From the NCBI GenBank assembly GCA_030704615.1, contig CM060734.1, forward strand, positions 3,906,001 through 3,970,000: DNA of 64,000 bases. The letters run 5' to 3'. The DNA comes from Takakia lepidozioides (lineage: Eukaryota > Plantae > Bryophyta). The first letter of the stretch is position 1. Each line of letters starts with the position of its first letter. Under the pieces are notes generated by a model that ran no database searches, was not told the origin of the DNA, and saw nothing but the letters and a program-made list of their open reading frames with translations. Below, piece after piece: positions 52,431-64,000 of this stretch. The position numbers and the translations under genes were made by a program.

Positions 52431-52986
52431 CCCTGAAAAAGAGTAGCGCAGTACGCTCAATGACAGCAGCTCCCGGATGGAGGAGGTAGCAGCGCGGTGG
52501 CTGGAAGAAATTCAAGCAAACGCTGCAATTCGTCACAAATACTCCAGGGCACATTTAAATTTCCCCCCTACAGGAACCTGCAGGGATGAAGATTGGCTCA
52601 TCCATGGATGTAGCCGATTCAGTTTCCTTCCCTGCCATGCAAACTATGGGCAGTAAGTGCCAGGTGGGCCTATAGCCACTCGAGACGACGAAGTCCATCC
52701 CCCCTTCGATGTAAATGCGGCGCCGAATTTCCATCCGGGGGATGGACTTCGGTGGCAGATTTCAAACTATACCCCGTGGATGAGAAAGAGGTATCGGTTC
52801 ATCCACCGCTGGCTTGTTGAACACGTTACACGATGATTGGTGGGTACTTGTGACCCAGATGGTCCATTATTGGAGCCCGCACTGCTCTTCCGCTTCTCAT
52901 TATTTCAAAAATCTAAGGGCTTCGTTGCTGTCCGCAAGGTGATTTTCATCGGCATCAAACACGTCCTCAGGTCCTCCTTTGCAAGG

Positions 52987-53550
52987 ATGCCGTGCTTCCG
53001 GAACCGGGATGACTGCCCTTATGGAGGCATCGATTATGCAATGTATTCGGCCACATCGGGAGACATCGTTATCTGGTACACAGATTACACAGAAGATACT
53101 GGTTCGAATGTGGAAACATTGTCCACTTTTGAGTATCTCCCAGGCCAGTACGCCTTCGAGCGGGGTGACGATCTTGGTCTGAGGAGTCCGTGGCTCTTGC
53201 GCATCCTTGATTCCGATTTTCCCAGCTACGACGGGCACCCATGCAGAAGAATGCGCACTGCTATGCTGTTGCGGTGGAACTGCTGCCAGTGGACGTGGGT
53301 GGACTCCATCGGAGAGACTTATACTCCTGAAGGAGTGCGCTCATCTTCTCCATTGTATGGGGACATTCACATTGGTGTGGACGGCGAAAACGTGAAGCTT
53401 TCCATATTCGATGGTGGTATGATTGAAGGGCAGGACATTGTGGTGAACATCAACAGGGGCGGTACAACGGCTGCAATCCAGTTTACCTGGAGGAGCCCGA
53501 AGACTCATGAGCTAGTTGTGAGAGCAGTCGAAGTCCCATTGACAACGTGA
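52987..53550 (+). CDS. Orphan protein 2 (187 aa), paralog of 51852-52430
   Basis: Intact ORF from MPCFRNRDDCPY; end-to-end protein similarity to the divergent neighbour. Confidence 0.78.
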   Translation: MPCFRNRDDCPYGGIDYAMYSATSGDIVIWYTDYTEDTGSNVETLSTFEYLPGQYAFERGDDLGLRSPWLLRILDSDFPSYDGHPCRRMRTAMLLRWNCCQWTWVDSIGETYTPEGVRSSSPLYGDIHIGVDGENVKLSIFDGGMIEGQDIVVNINRGGTTAAIQFTWRSPKTHELVVRAVEVPLTT

Positions 53551-53959
53551 CTTGTATTCAGAAGGCACAGGGCTAAAGATTTGTTTGCACAATCAGCACA
53601 GTAGACGTGCTTCAAATGCAATTCATGTGGATCAATAAAAACCCCATTGTGCCCTCTTTTTGTTCTATTCTGTATCCATCGTTCCCAAAATGCGTCATTC
53701 CTCATTTCGTTTGGGATTGGGAGTGTGGGTGGATTTTGCAAGTGGCTGGTAGGGTGAAATGGGCCCCCATTGTACAGATCAGTACCACCCTACCATTCGC
53801 GAAACATTGCCTTTCAATATGTAATTCTAAAAAACATTACCGAACCTCCTTCATCGGGAGGTCCTTCTCCCCCTATGACCGTGACACCCTAAACCCTATT
53901 CCCGCGGACACTCATTTCCGGAAAATAGTCCTGCTCATGTTTTTTTTGACACTTACGAC

Positions 53960-54027
53960 TCTGCTCATGGCTCATGGCTCATGCCGCTCATGGCTCATGG
54001 CTCATGGCTCATGAAATAGCAGCCCCC
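53960..54027. repeat. Terminal inverted repeat with (G)GCTCAT(G) heptamer repeats
   Basis: Reads inward GGGGGCTGCTATTTCATGAGCCATGAGCC; equivalents at 39849 and 58637. Confidence 0.8.
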
Positions 54028-57000
54028 ATTGGTGGTGAACTTGTATGAAGTCCTGTATGACCACAAGCTTTGTATCCCAATCAGTTCTGTTGGCATTGAC
54101 TATCTTAGCAAGGATAGTGCATAGTATCTTGTTGGTGGCCTCTGCCTGCCCACTGCCCTATGGATAATAGGTTGTACTCTTCCTGTGCACAATCATGAAC
54201 TCCTTAGTCAACAGTTCAATGGTCTCATTAATGATATGACTTCCCTGGTCACTGATAAATTCCAAAGGACAGCCAAATCTCGTGATTATGTTCTCATAAA
54301 GAAATCTAGCTGTAGATTTCGCTGTGTTATCTCGCAGTGCCTTGGCTTCTACCCACTTAGTAGTATAATCCGTGGCTGTGATTATATACTTATTCTGGGT
54401 GTTCCTGGCTGGTGGATTGATTGGTCCAACAAAGTCTAATCCCCATTTCTGAAATGGTTCAGTAGGCATTGTAGGATGCAGTGCCATCTTTCCAGATCTC
54501 TGCAAAGGTCCCAGCCTTTGACATTCATCACAGCTCTTACAGTAATTATGTACATCTTTGAATAAGGTAGGCCACCAGTATCCTGCAAGTAGTATTTTCC
54601 TGCTGGTAGTCTCTTCTCCATAATGTCCTCCAGCTATCCCTTTGTGAATTTCTTCAAAAACTTTATTAATTTCATGATGGTACAAGCATCTCCTTAGGAC
54701 CCCATCTGGTCCCAGCTTGTACAAGTTTCCTCCTATCATAGTATATGGTAGGGATTTAATAGCTATCCTCTTCCTCTGTTCCTTCCCATAACTAGATGAG
54801 CACTGATAGGAAGCACCCCCATGATACACTAGTTGTAGGTGGTTGTTCTGAGCGGGTTGAGTGCTTAGAGATTTCCAACTTTTCTATTTTGGAGTTTCCA
54901 CCTCGGATAGCTAAGGGATGGGTGAGTAAAAGCCGCTCGACAATTAGGCTGATAGGGAGAATTAGGTTGTTGAAAATACCCTTGTTGTTGACCACCTCCA
55001 AAGGATTGCACATAGCGCTCTGGGGCGGTATTCCCCTCCATTGCTGGCAATTTGGCTGATTAGCTGGCTGATACCAGCTTTGTGGCCCTCGGGTAGGTCT
55101 CCAAGGCTACTGACGTTGGGGAGATGACTCCGACCATTGTGCAAGCATCGCCTGCATCGCAGGCGCCATTAAAGACCCAACCTGATTGACGTCCCATCCT
55201 GTCTTCTGATTGGTCTTGGCCGGGGTTAACCCCATAGCCGTTTGGAGATGCCAACACTGCAAAATAACATGACCTGATTTACCACAATATCCACACTTGG
55301 CAGCATTGATGGGGTTTGATACTGGTGTCAATGGGCATTCATGGGCTAAATGACCATGAACCTGACAGGTAGAACACCACATATTGGCCCGCTGATTATT
55401 TGGCTTTGATCTGCCTTCTCTCTTAGAAGCCAATTGTACGGAGAGTTCCTCCATCCGTTTAGTTAATGCAGCAATCTGCCCTTCCTGGGGGTCAATTGTC
55501 ACACCAGCTGGTATTTGGTTCTGTGAGGATACAGGGGCATACATTCCCACAGTAGGCTAAACTAGGGTGGGACATATATTCAATGGGATTGCCGATACCT
55601 ATGGGGCCCAGGAATTAGTGTCAAACATTGTCGTGGGCCCATCTGAATAAGTGGTGACATTAATGGTTTCCCATAGCTTCGCCCGATGAATAGCCGCCTG
55701 TAAATTTGCAGGAATGCCTTCTTTAACAAAACATTTCAGCTCTGGTGGGAACAACCCTTCCACAAATAGACCCATCTGCATATGGTTAGGAATGTTATGA
55801 TTGTTCCATCGTCGAAGAATATCCTCTAGACGACCTGCAAAAGAATCTACCGACTCGCCTGTCACCATATGGAGTTTTGTCAGTTGCTCGCGTAGGCAAT
55901 CAGTGAAACCCAAGGGTCAAAATTGTGTGAGGAAAGCCGTCTTTAAGGATTCCAATAGGGAAAGGCTCCATGCTGCTACCGACCATACCATTGAAATGCT
56001 AACTCACGCAAAGTGGCAGGAAACATCGTCAGCCAACAGAATTCCGTCCTGGCATTATTAGCAATATAGCCTGTCATAAATTGGGCCAAATGGCGGTCGG
56101 GGTCTGACCCTTGAAGTCCCGTAAACTATCGCATGGGCGATACATTGACGGTTCTATCATCGGGTCCTCCCAAATTTACCACCACTGAGATTGACTGTAA
56201 GTTAACTCCAATCGGTACGGCAGCCATTGGTGCTGGTACAATAGACGGTACAATAGATACAATAGGAAGCGCAATAGGAGGTAAATTAGGCGGTGCCGAT
56301 GCGGCTAGCTGTGTGGCTAATAATGCACGTCGTGCTATCCGTACTGCCAATCGATCAGCCCTTAATGCCTTAGCCTGATGCTCCCTCCTAACAGGGGACT
56401 CCCTCATTCCCCATACCATTTTCTTCCTTATGGAGACCACAAGATGATCTCCCCGATTTCGTGCGATAGACAATTCAAATGTCTTTGACGTCTCCTCCTG
56501 TTTAGGTAACAATTGAATCTGTTCCTCCCGAGCTATCGCCAGAGCTAGCATCTCTGCTTTTCGTTGGCTTAGCACCCGGAAGTTCAATCATCTTACCCTC
56601 CCTTTTCTTACTCCAAAAGCATTCAGGGATTTCTGCCTTCTTATGCTGGTTACGTAAATTGCAAAAAGGGCATAGTTTTAAACCACGTGGGGGAACCTTA
56701 CTGTTACAAATGACCTCCCCCGTCGTCTGCTTTCAACAATCGCAACAATAAAAGAAAATCGTGAAGGTGTATTAAAGCATCATTATCTCAAACCGCATTG
56801 TCTTTCCCCGGCAGCGGCGCCAAAAAGATGTAGGATAAAAACTATAATCGACCCTAAAAGAAGGACCAATCAGTTTCAAGATTCGTTCACAGGGAAAGCC
56901 CTATACGATTGCAAAATAATGATGCTCGACTAATCTATTTCTCTTTAATCCTTCAATAGATCAATTTCTACCACCAGAGATCCTCAATCTAACACGATTA

Positions 57001-57290
57001 ATATCCTTCTAGTCTTGATAATATTCCCATCCTCCTCTGTTAACTCAACACCATCGGCTAATATTAAATACCATTGTTCATCTAATTCCCTCCTCCAGTA
57101 ATATGCCCGATATAAAGTCAATAGTTCTTTACACCATCTTTTACTCAAAAGCTGTAGATCAATTATCTCTATATCACTGCAACGCAACCTTTTAAAGATA
57201 TCTATTGACAAACTATCAGGTAATCCAGTAATTAACTCTAGAGGATCTTCCATTCTCTCTTCTCCACACATCACTATTGATTGTTCTTCA
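54028..57290 (-). mobile_element. Athila-like Gypsy, internally deleted: LTR 57290-56829, tRNA-Asp PBS 56822-56805, gag ~56250-54870, integrase ~54790-54028
   Basis: PBS TGGCGCCGCTGCCGGGGA; CSTCQVHGHLAHEC and CGYCGKSGHVILQC; GGHY..CDEC..WGLDF..SDQG; no PR/RT/RH. Confidence 0.82.
56984..57274 (-). CDS. F-box-like ORF inside the putative LTR
   Basis: LITGLPDSLSIDIFKRL..DLQLLSKRW...Y..RRE..EQWYLI resembles the N-terminus of plant F-box/Kelch proteins. Confidence 0.62.
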   Translation of the reverse strand: MMCGEERMEDPLELITGLPDSLSIDIFKRLRCSDIEIIDLQLLSKRWCKELLTLYRAYYWRRELDEQWYLILADGVELTEEDGNIIKTRRILIVLD

Positions 57291-58625
57291 CCACCAATCT
57301 TGCTTATTCAGTTCCTCCAGGGATTTTCCCTCACCAAAGGTCTTATTCCATTCTCCCATTAGTTCATGATAGCCTTCAAAAGGTTGATACCATATCTGCA
57401 ACCATGTATGGTCCAGTGCCTTTCTGACTTGTACCTCCCAATAAGGCAACTCGTAGAAGATTGAGAGCCGGGACATGCCACACCTCGCGAGCCGGCATCT
57501 TTTATCCACCACCTCTTGCCACCGGGCTTTCCAAAATGACCCAGGGGGACGCACGGGTGGAGGTCTCCTCTCCACGGTCCCATCAAATAATTTCTTGCCT
57601 CTCATTCTCCATGGATGGTCGAGTGGAAGAAATTTCCGATAGTTGGGATAGATCATTTTCCCGACGTTCTTCGAATGCTTTGGATCAAGGTTATCCGGCC
57701 CACAACATGAACATCCTGCATACCCCTTTGTGCTTAGTCCCAAACAAACTGAAAGCCCTGCACAACACCATGAATTTAGTTGGGATTTAACATTGTGCAC
57801 CTCGTATAATTTCAATGAACCGAGCGTAAACATGAATTGCTAAAGAAAAATCATGACGAGTACATACAAACACATGATATACAATAGAGTATATATTATA
57901 GGTAATATCAAATTAAATTGTACCTGGATAGTCATGCATTGTCCATAGCAAAAGCCCTCGCAAGTTAAAAGAACGTTGGCCAGTGGGTGCCGATGCATCA
58001 TAAGCTGGAACCCCATTCCATAATATCTTGAGTTCGTCAACCAATGGACGCAGATACACATCCATATCCTTCACTTGTTTTTTCCCTACAACACAAATTA
58101 TTTATAATATATATCAGATCGTTTGAAATTCAAACAGAACAAATAATATTCTTAGTTCCATATATATTTGACATTGTACTACCACGTACATCCTAAAGCA
58201 ACAAAAAAGAGTTGTGTTATTCACTTGGCACAATGGTAGCCAATATGATATCATGACCCTTCTTGATAGCAAGATAAGGAGGGATGTTGTAGTTAACCAA
58301 AGTCACAGGCCAGGTTGAATGGCTAGTTGACTGGACTGAGAATGGGTTGACACCATCTGCGGAGAAGCCGAGCTGAACATGTCTTGGATCGTCCTTCAGA
58401 AAAGACCATTGTTCCTCAGTGTGTTTCCATGCCGGCGAATTGTGAGGGCCGCACATCTTTCTGGGAGGGCTCTGATGCTCCACATGCCACTTCATGAGTT
58501 TGGCAAATGATGGACTCCGGAATTGTGCTTTCAAGCACGGGATGACTGGAAAGTAATGCATTCTAACCTCCCCCACAAACACAACAATATTTACTTTCTT
58601 TCATTTGTATCCACATATTGTACGT
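57291..58625 (-). mobile_element. CACTA/En-Spm Tnp2 (Transposase_21-type) fragment with introns
   Basis: YFPVIP.LK..F..LMKWH, SPAWK, DPRHVQLGFSADGVNPF, STWPV..YNIPP, MDVYLRPLVDELK.LW, WTMHDYP, GYAGCSCC, RKFLPLDHPWR. Confidence 0.85.
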
Positions 58626-59699
58626 ACAAGAGAGGGGGGGGTTGCTATTCCATGAGCTCATGAGCCATGAGCCGCCAAGTAACACACTACGAATAACGGC
58701 AGGTTTTTTTCAGGAAAAAAACCATAAAATAATCGAAAGTGGTATTTTTTTAATACTTTGTGAAGATCAAAATTTGCTTTTCGAAGATTTCCGCGCTCAT
58801 GCTCGAAACACTCCGCTCATGAATAACAGTATCCGCTCATGACCGAGAGCCCAAGCTCATGTACCGCCAGCCCAGATCATGAAAAAACTGCATACTGGCC
58901 AATAATGGCGCCGCAATTACCCCACAGGAAGGGGCACCCGCGGAATTACAATCGAGTTTTCCAGACTCCCAACACACAATGTGGGCCTGTAACCGTGGAT
59001 TGTACTTTTCCAGAACTGTAGGCTGGCTGGGGATAACGGTGCTGAAATTGGGCACCGGAAAACCAATAGGCGGCTGAAGGCTCCGGAGTGAAGGCAATAA
59101 CGGCGCCAAAATAGAGGACCCGGGGTCCTGCCAGACGCGCAATGTGGACCTGTTATCGTGGATAGTACTTTTCCAGGATTTCACGATTCTCCAGGACTTC
59201 AAAATGGGTGATGTTCCCTGATAACGGCACGGAAATTGGGCACCTATGTCCAGAAGGTGTCGGTTGATTTGGCCACAGTGAAGCATCAAAGGCGCCAAAA
59301 TGTAGGACGGTTGACCCCAAAATGGGGCCCGAGACTGGCAATTGCAAACTATGTTGAATCTTGTGGTGTATGTATGCAATAAATGTACCGACATGTGGGA
59401 GAAATTTTGAGTTTTGCCCCATACCACATTGGTGGTGGAGCAATGATATCCAATTCCGCCGGCCTCAGTCTCATTCCGCTCTGCTCGTTGCTCCATTGCA
59501 CATCTCATCTCTCCTCTCTACGGAATTTGCAATTGAGCATAACAATTTTTGGGACGTGTGGTCTGTGTATGGGAATGGTCTTTGTGGACAAGGTGCAGTA
59601 TGTGAATGCAATAATCATTAATACTAGGCGCCATGGACATTGGAACAAGACACCTGTAATCCATTAAAGGCATTGCATGTGGCAAACATAGCCATATCA

Positions 59700-60505
59700 T
59701 TGGAAGCAAAAGTGAGTTCAGGGATAAATAGGCCACAATGGGCCCATGCATCTCCAAAAAATGAACGCTCCGCACTGATCCATTATCAGAAAACCAGAAT
59801 TGAAGGCTTATTGGAAACAGACTACAAGGGGACACTTCTCCTATTACGGCACTGTAATAGGGGAGGCGATGGAAACACAACGGCACAAATGTAAAGTTTT
59901 TTGCCAACAGACGTGCATGTTGCGGGATAAATGTCTCAAAATTGGGTGACAATATGAAGTCCAGAAGTTTCAGAGGGATCAAAGCACCGGAATAGGCCTG
60001 AATGGGCCTTTGCATCTCCAAAAAATGTATGCTTTGCACTGATCCATTAACAAGCAAATGCAGAATTAGAGGCATGCTTATTGGAAACAGAGCTAAAGGA
60101 GGCATTTCCCATATTACGACACCGTAAGAGGGTAAGCGATGGAAACACAACGGGACCAAATCTAGAGTTGTTGCTAATAGACATGCATGCTATGGGATGA
60201 AGATCTCAATATGAAGTGCATAAGTTTCAGAGGAATAAAGGCACCAAAATAGGCCAAAATTGGCCCCTGCATCTCCAAAAAATGAATGCTTTACACTGAT
60301 CCATTAGCAGACAAAACCATCATTCAAAGATACAGGCTGGAAGGGGACACTTATCCTAGGGCAGTCCATGGAAACACGACGGCACCAAAATCATAAATGT
60401 ATAGTTCTTGCCAAAAGACTTGTGTGTAGTGGGATGAAGGTCACAAAATTAGGTCACAATATGAGGTCCACAAGTTTCGAAGGGATAAAGGCGCCGCAAT
60501 AACAA
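59700..60505. repeat. Degenerate ~255-270-bp tandem repeat, ~3 copies
   Basis: TGCATCTCCAAAAAATG..GC...CACTGATCCATTA and ATGGAAACAC.ACGG recur at ~59747, 60011, 60268. Confidence 0.75.
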
Positions 60506-61124
60506 CACTGAAAGGGTATATGTGATGTAACACACTTTGTAGTTTCTGAATTACGATCGTCCAATATCAACCTTCTCCCTATATCCTGCCTGAGGACCTT
60601 ATGGAGCTCGTTGAAACTTAGTGTTGGAGCATGGATGAAGTCGTCCACTATAGGAATGCAATTCATGCGCTTCAGATATTTGTAGTACAAGTGTTTTCAG
60701 GGGAAGAGTTTACAGGTGTTTGCAGAGACATCTCTCTCCACGACTGGCCTGTCGTATTGGTAACGATATGAAATGCAGCTCAGGCTCGTCCTCGCGACGC
60801 AGTGCACTGTCTGGCAGTGATGCCACCGACTGTGACAGAGAGGGAGTGGGAGTCCTGCTTGGACTTGGCGTCCTAAACAACATCGTTGGGCCCCGAGGTT
60901 GAGTGCGGATGTCCATATCTGATCTCCATGAATCCCCGTCGCCTCCTGGGAGGTTGTCAATTATTCTCTTCACCGGCCGATTGTGGACATCACCCTCGAG
61001 ACAGTCCCCCCGATGGTGTAAGGGTGTCGATCTTATAGCTTCTCGCAATGCTGCAGTCCATTTCCCAGCTTCCAGCAGTTCCTTCATATCCCCCTCGCCC
61101 AGCTTCTTCCTTGTGTTGTAATAG

Positions 61125-62450
61125 AGATGAACAATCCCGACATGACAGTTTGAAAACCTCGGGATGGATGAATTACGACGTCGCAAAAGGGATGAACATG
61201 CATAAAAGCGGACAAGAAAAGGATGTCACACCCCTCTTACGGCGCCGTAATAGGGATGAACGGGATGGCAATCAAATGAGAATGACATGATCTGGAGGAA
61301 TTTAAGGCGTCGTAATAGGGATGAACAGTCCCAATATGACAGTTCGAAACCCTCGGGATAGATGAATTACGACGTCGCAATAGGGATGAATAGGCACAAA
61401 AGCAGACGAGAAAGGGATATCACACAGCTATGACGGCGCCGTAATAGGGGTGAACGAGATGACAATAAATTGAGAATGACATCATCTAGATGAATTCCTA
61501 GATTAACACACTTTGAACGTAGCTAATTTCGAACACCCCATCCCGGCGACGGATGAATTTCGGCGCCGAAATAAGGATGAACATACCCGTGAGCAAAAAG
61601 GAATTTCAGCCCACGGATGAATTTCGGCGCCGAAATAAGGATGAATGAACCCGTGAACAAAATTGAATTTCGACGCCGAAATAAGGATGAAGATACGCGT
61701 GAGTATAAAGTTATTTCGACCCACGGATGATTTTCGGCGCCGAAATAGGGATGAACGTACCCGTGAGCAGATGGATGAATCACGATGTTGCAAAAGGGTT
61801 GAACAGGCAAGAATGCGGACGACATGGGGACGGAACCATTGGATTGCGGCGCCGTAATAGGGACGATCGGGCCCATCACCTCGAAAAAAAACCCATACAC
61901 ACACACACAACCTTCTTCACAGATGAATTTCGGCGCTGAAATAGGCCAATCCTGAGGAACCACCACCTAAAAAATTAAATAAATTAATAAATTTAAAAAT
62001 TATTTAAAAAAAAAACGGTCACGGATGAATTTCGGCGCCGAAATAGGGATGAACGTACCCGGGAGCAAGAAGTTATTTCGACCCACGGATGAATTTCGGC
62101 ACCGAAATAGGGATGAACATACCCGCGAACAAAACCTTATTTCGACCCACGGATGAATTTCGGTGCCGAAATATGGATGAACATACCCGTGAGCAAAACG
62201 TTATCTCGACCCACGGATGAATTTTGGCGCCGAAAAAATGGAAGAACGTACCCCTGAGCAAAAAGTTATTTCGACCTACAAATGAATTTGGCGCCGTAAT
62301 AGGGATGAACGTACCCGTAAATGAATTTAAACCCACGGATGAATTTTGGCGCCGAAATAGGGATGAACATATTTCCGTGAGCAGAAAGGTATTTTGACCC
62401 ACGAATAAATTTCGGCGCCGAAATTCGGATGAACATACCCGTGAGCAAAA
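61125..62450. repeat. Array of TTTCGGCGCCGAAA palindromes, mostly at ~64-bp period
   Basis: Unit CACGGATGAATTTCGGCGCCGAAATAGGGATGAACRTACCCGTGAGCAAAA..TTATTTCGACC at ~61558, 61622, 61732, 62030, 62094, 62158, 62222, 62286, 62410. Confidence 0.9.
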
Positions 62451-63196
62451 GTTAGGGCTGAATCTCACCAAATAGATGTATTCGACCATGGTGTCCAAGA
62501 TAAGCCGGCGTACTAGGTGCGGTCTGCTTTCACCTCTGACTTCCTTAACAACTCCGGATTGATGGCTGTTTTAAAGTCCTTCAGAGGTGCAAGTCCCACT
62601 TCTTGCACTCTATACAACACAACATATGTGTCATGTGCATTTTTACGCTTATCTGTCACCTTGTCACAGAACATACACATTCCAATAATGGCAACGCAAT
62701 CGGCCCGTATGCAGAAGAAATGATGACATTGAACCCAATTGGATGGGTCTGATATGAAAAGTGGCTGCTACGCAGACAGAAGGTCTATCATGAACAAGTC
62801 ATAGTAAGGACGACGTTAATCCTCCGTCTGAGGATTCATTGGAAAGGTTTCGGATGACAATCTCATGGGCCAATTGACTCACTACCCTGGAGGAACAAGT
62901 ATGACGAAAGATACTGGAGCCACACATTCGGGTTCGCAGCCAACATGTTGGACGACGACGGCTGTGTTGTTGTGCTAGCCGATGGAGAAGTCAGTGAGAA
63001 TGATGTCAAAGTATGGACGGGGAGAAGTGCAGCACCCATCCTGAAAAAGATCTGTGGTACCTGCTTCAGACCAGTACCTGGCAAAATGATGATCCTCAAT
63101 GGGTCGATTGTTCGGAAGAACCTTAGTCCTAGTTGCCACTGGCAACCAAATGCGCATGATCTGATAATAATGTGCCAAAGACTGTGGAGGACTGAA

Positions 63197-63778
63197 TTAC
63201 TTCCAAGCCAAATCCATCACAATGGGAATTTGATTGAAGGGCATAATCATAGCCCGATTGTACTCCAGTGCAGCAGGAGTTCTAAGTGGGTGAAAAACAG
63301 CATCCCCCCAAACCTCAGCCTGTGGCATTGCCACGGTATCAACAGTGTCAGCCACTTGCACAGCCACCGGCTGTAGAGGCTGTGATATTGCCGCCACTGT
63401 CCCTCCTATTACTAGCATTTCTTGTACCTCTTGCGATGAAGACTGAAAAACCAGGGTTCTGGCATGCAAATAAGTAGCCACCAGCTGCTCCTCATGAACA
63501 AAGACTTGTTTGTCAATGTTGGAACTCAAGTCACCTATTTGAGTCTGCAGCCCTTCCACATCATCCTGTAACTCTGTTATCCTACTATAGACATTATCTA
63601 TAGTAGTTGTGGCAATGTTCTGCACCTGCAACCTGAGATCATTCATCTCCCCTTGAGTGAGCTTTTGTGGTGCTTTCCCTTCCACCGGCCCTTGTGTTAA
63701 CCATACTTGCATAAGATGATTATCCACCAAGTCCTGTGTAGCACCCCGGAGAGCCTGCTCCTCCTTAAGTCTGTACAC
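63197..63778 (-). other. Coiled-coil ORF fragment of unidentified, probably TE-derived origin
   Basis: Heptad-like LQVQNIA..VYSRITELQDDVEGLQTQIGDLSSNI; no recognisable domain. Confidence 0.3.
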
Positions 63779-64000
63779 ATCTAACTGCTATTGTAAGGCC
63801 TTCATGCGCTTGGCATGAGGTTCAACCAGGCCCGCATAGGTAGCAGCCAGATTATTGGCTTCCTTCCAAGCCTTGTTAGCCACAGAGAGTTCATTCTTGT
63901 GGCCTGTGAGTGATTGCTGCAACTGCAGGATGAACCTTTCCTTCTCAGCCTCAATCTGACTGTATTGTTGGAAAGTATCCTCATTGCATCGGAGGGTAGC

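Larger units (their letters stand above)
39902..54027. mobile_element. Mutator-like element, copy 2 (inverted relative to copy 1): transposase (-), palindrome array, ParB-MTase gene (+), palindrome array, two orphan ORFs, terminus
   Basis: Terminus ..GCTCATGAAATAGCAGCCCCC at 54027 matches the end at 39849 and interrupts a Gypsy integrase; the same palindrome occurs throughout. Confidence 0.8.
58637..63065. mobile_element. Sister Mutator-like element, internally deleted: terminus, transposase/SWIM remnant (-) 60560-61110, palindrome array, MTase remnant (+) 62865-63065
   Basis: Start GGGGGTTGCTATTCCATGAGC; KWTAALRE..TPLH.RG..LEGDV..RPV..DSWRSD.DIRT.PRGP; KHLYYKYLKR..FIHAP.LS; MLDDDGCVVVLA..WT..SA.PILKK. 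Confidence 0.78.

Noticed and set aside
61125-62450. CRISPR-like array
   Set aside because: The whole 64-bp unit is repeated; spacers are not unique

Overview
Repeat-dense region of a land-plant nuclear genome, probably a non-seed plant (decayed PLS-class PPR gene, Tcn1-like and DNMT-carrying Gypsy elements). It contains no intact host gene and has a 500-N gap at 36989-37488. The left 37 kb is a nest of Ty3/Gypsy retrotransposons, LINE remnants, a SINE and short tandem arrays. These include three copies of a non-chromovirus family with an extra ORF behind the PBS, a Galadriel-like and a Tcn1-like chromovirus, and a Gypsy carrying a C5 cytosine methyltransferase. The main discovery is at 37489-54027, a roughly 16-kb Mutator-like DNA transposon (GCM-like/MULE DDE/SWIM transposase, GGGGG/GAGG..CTATTTCATGAGC termini). 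It carries a spliced gene fusing a ParB-like domain (DGNHR) to a beta-class N4C/N6A DNA-methyltransferase-like domain. That gene is flanked by, and its introns seeded with, dozens of copies of a 22-bp palindrome (GGAAATGCGG-NN-CCGCATTTCC, phased at ~53 bp), and the element also holds a divergent pair of intact paralogous orphan ORFs. A sister element at 58637-63065 has the same layout but a different palindrome, suggesting a co-evolving ParB/parS-like self-recognition and self-marking system. An Athila-like LTR encoding an F-box peptide is a second notable item. All domain calls are by eye from motifs; no searches were run.
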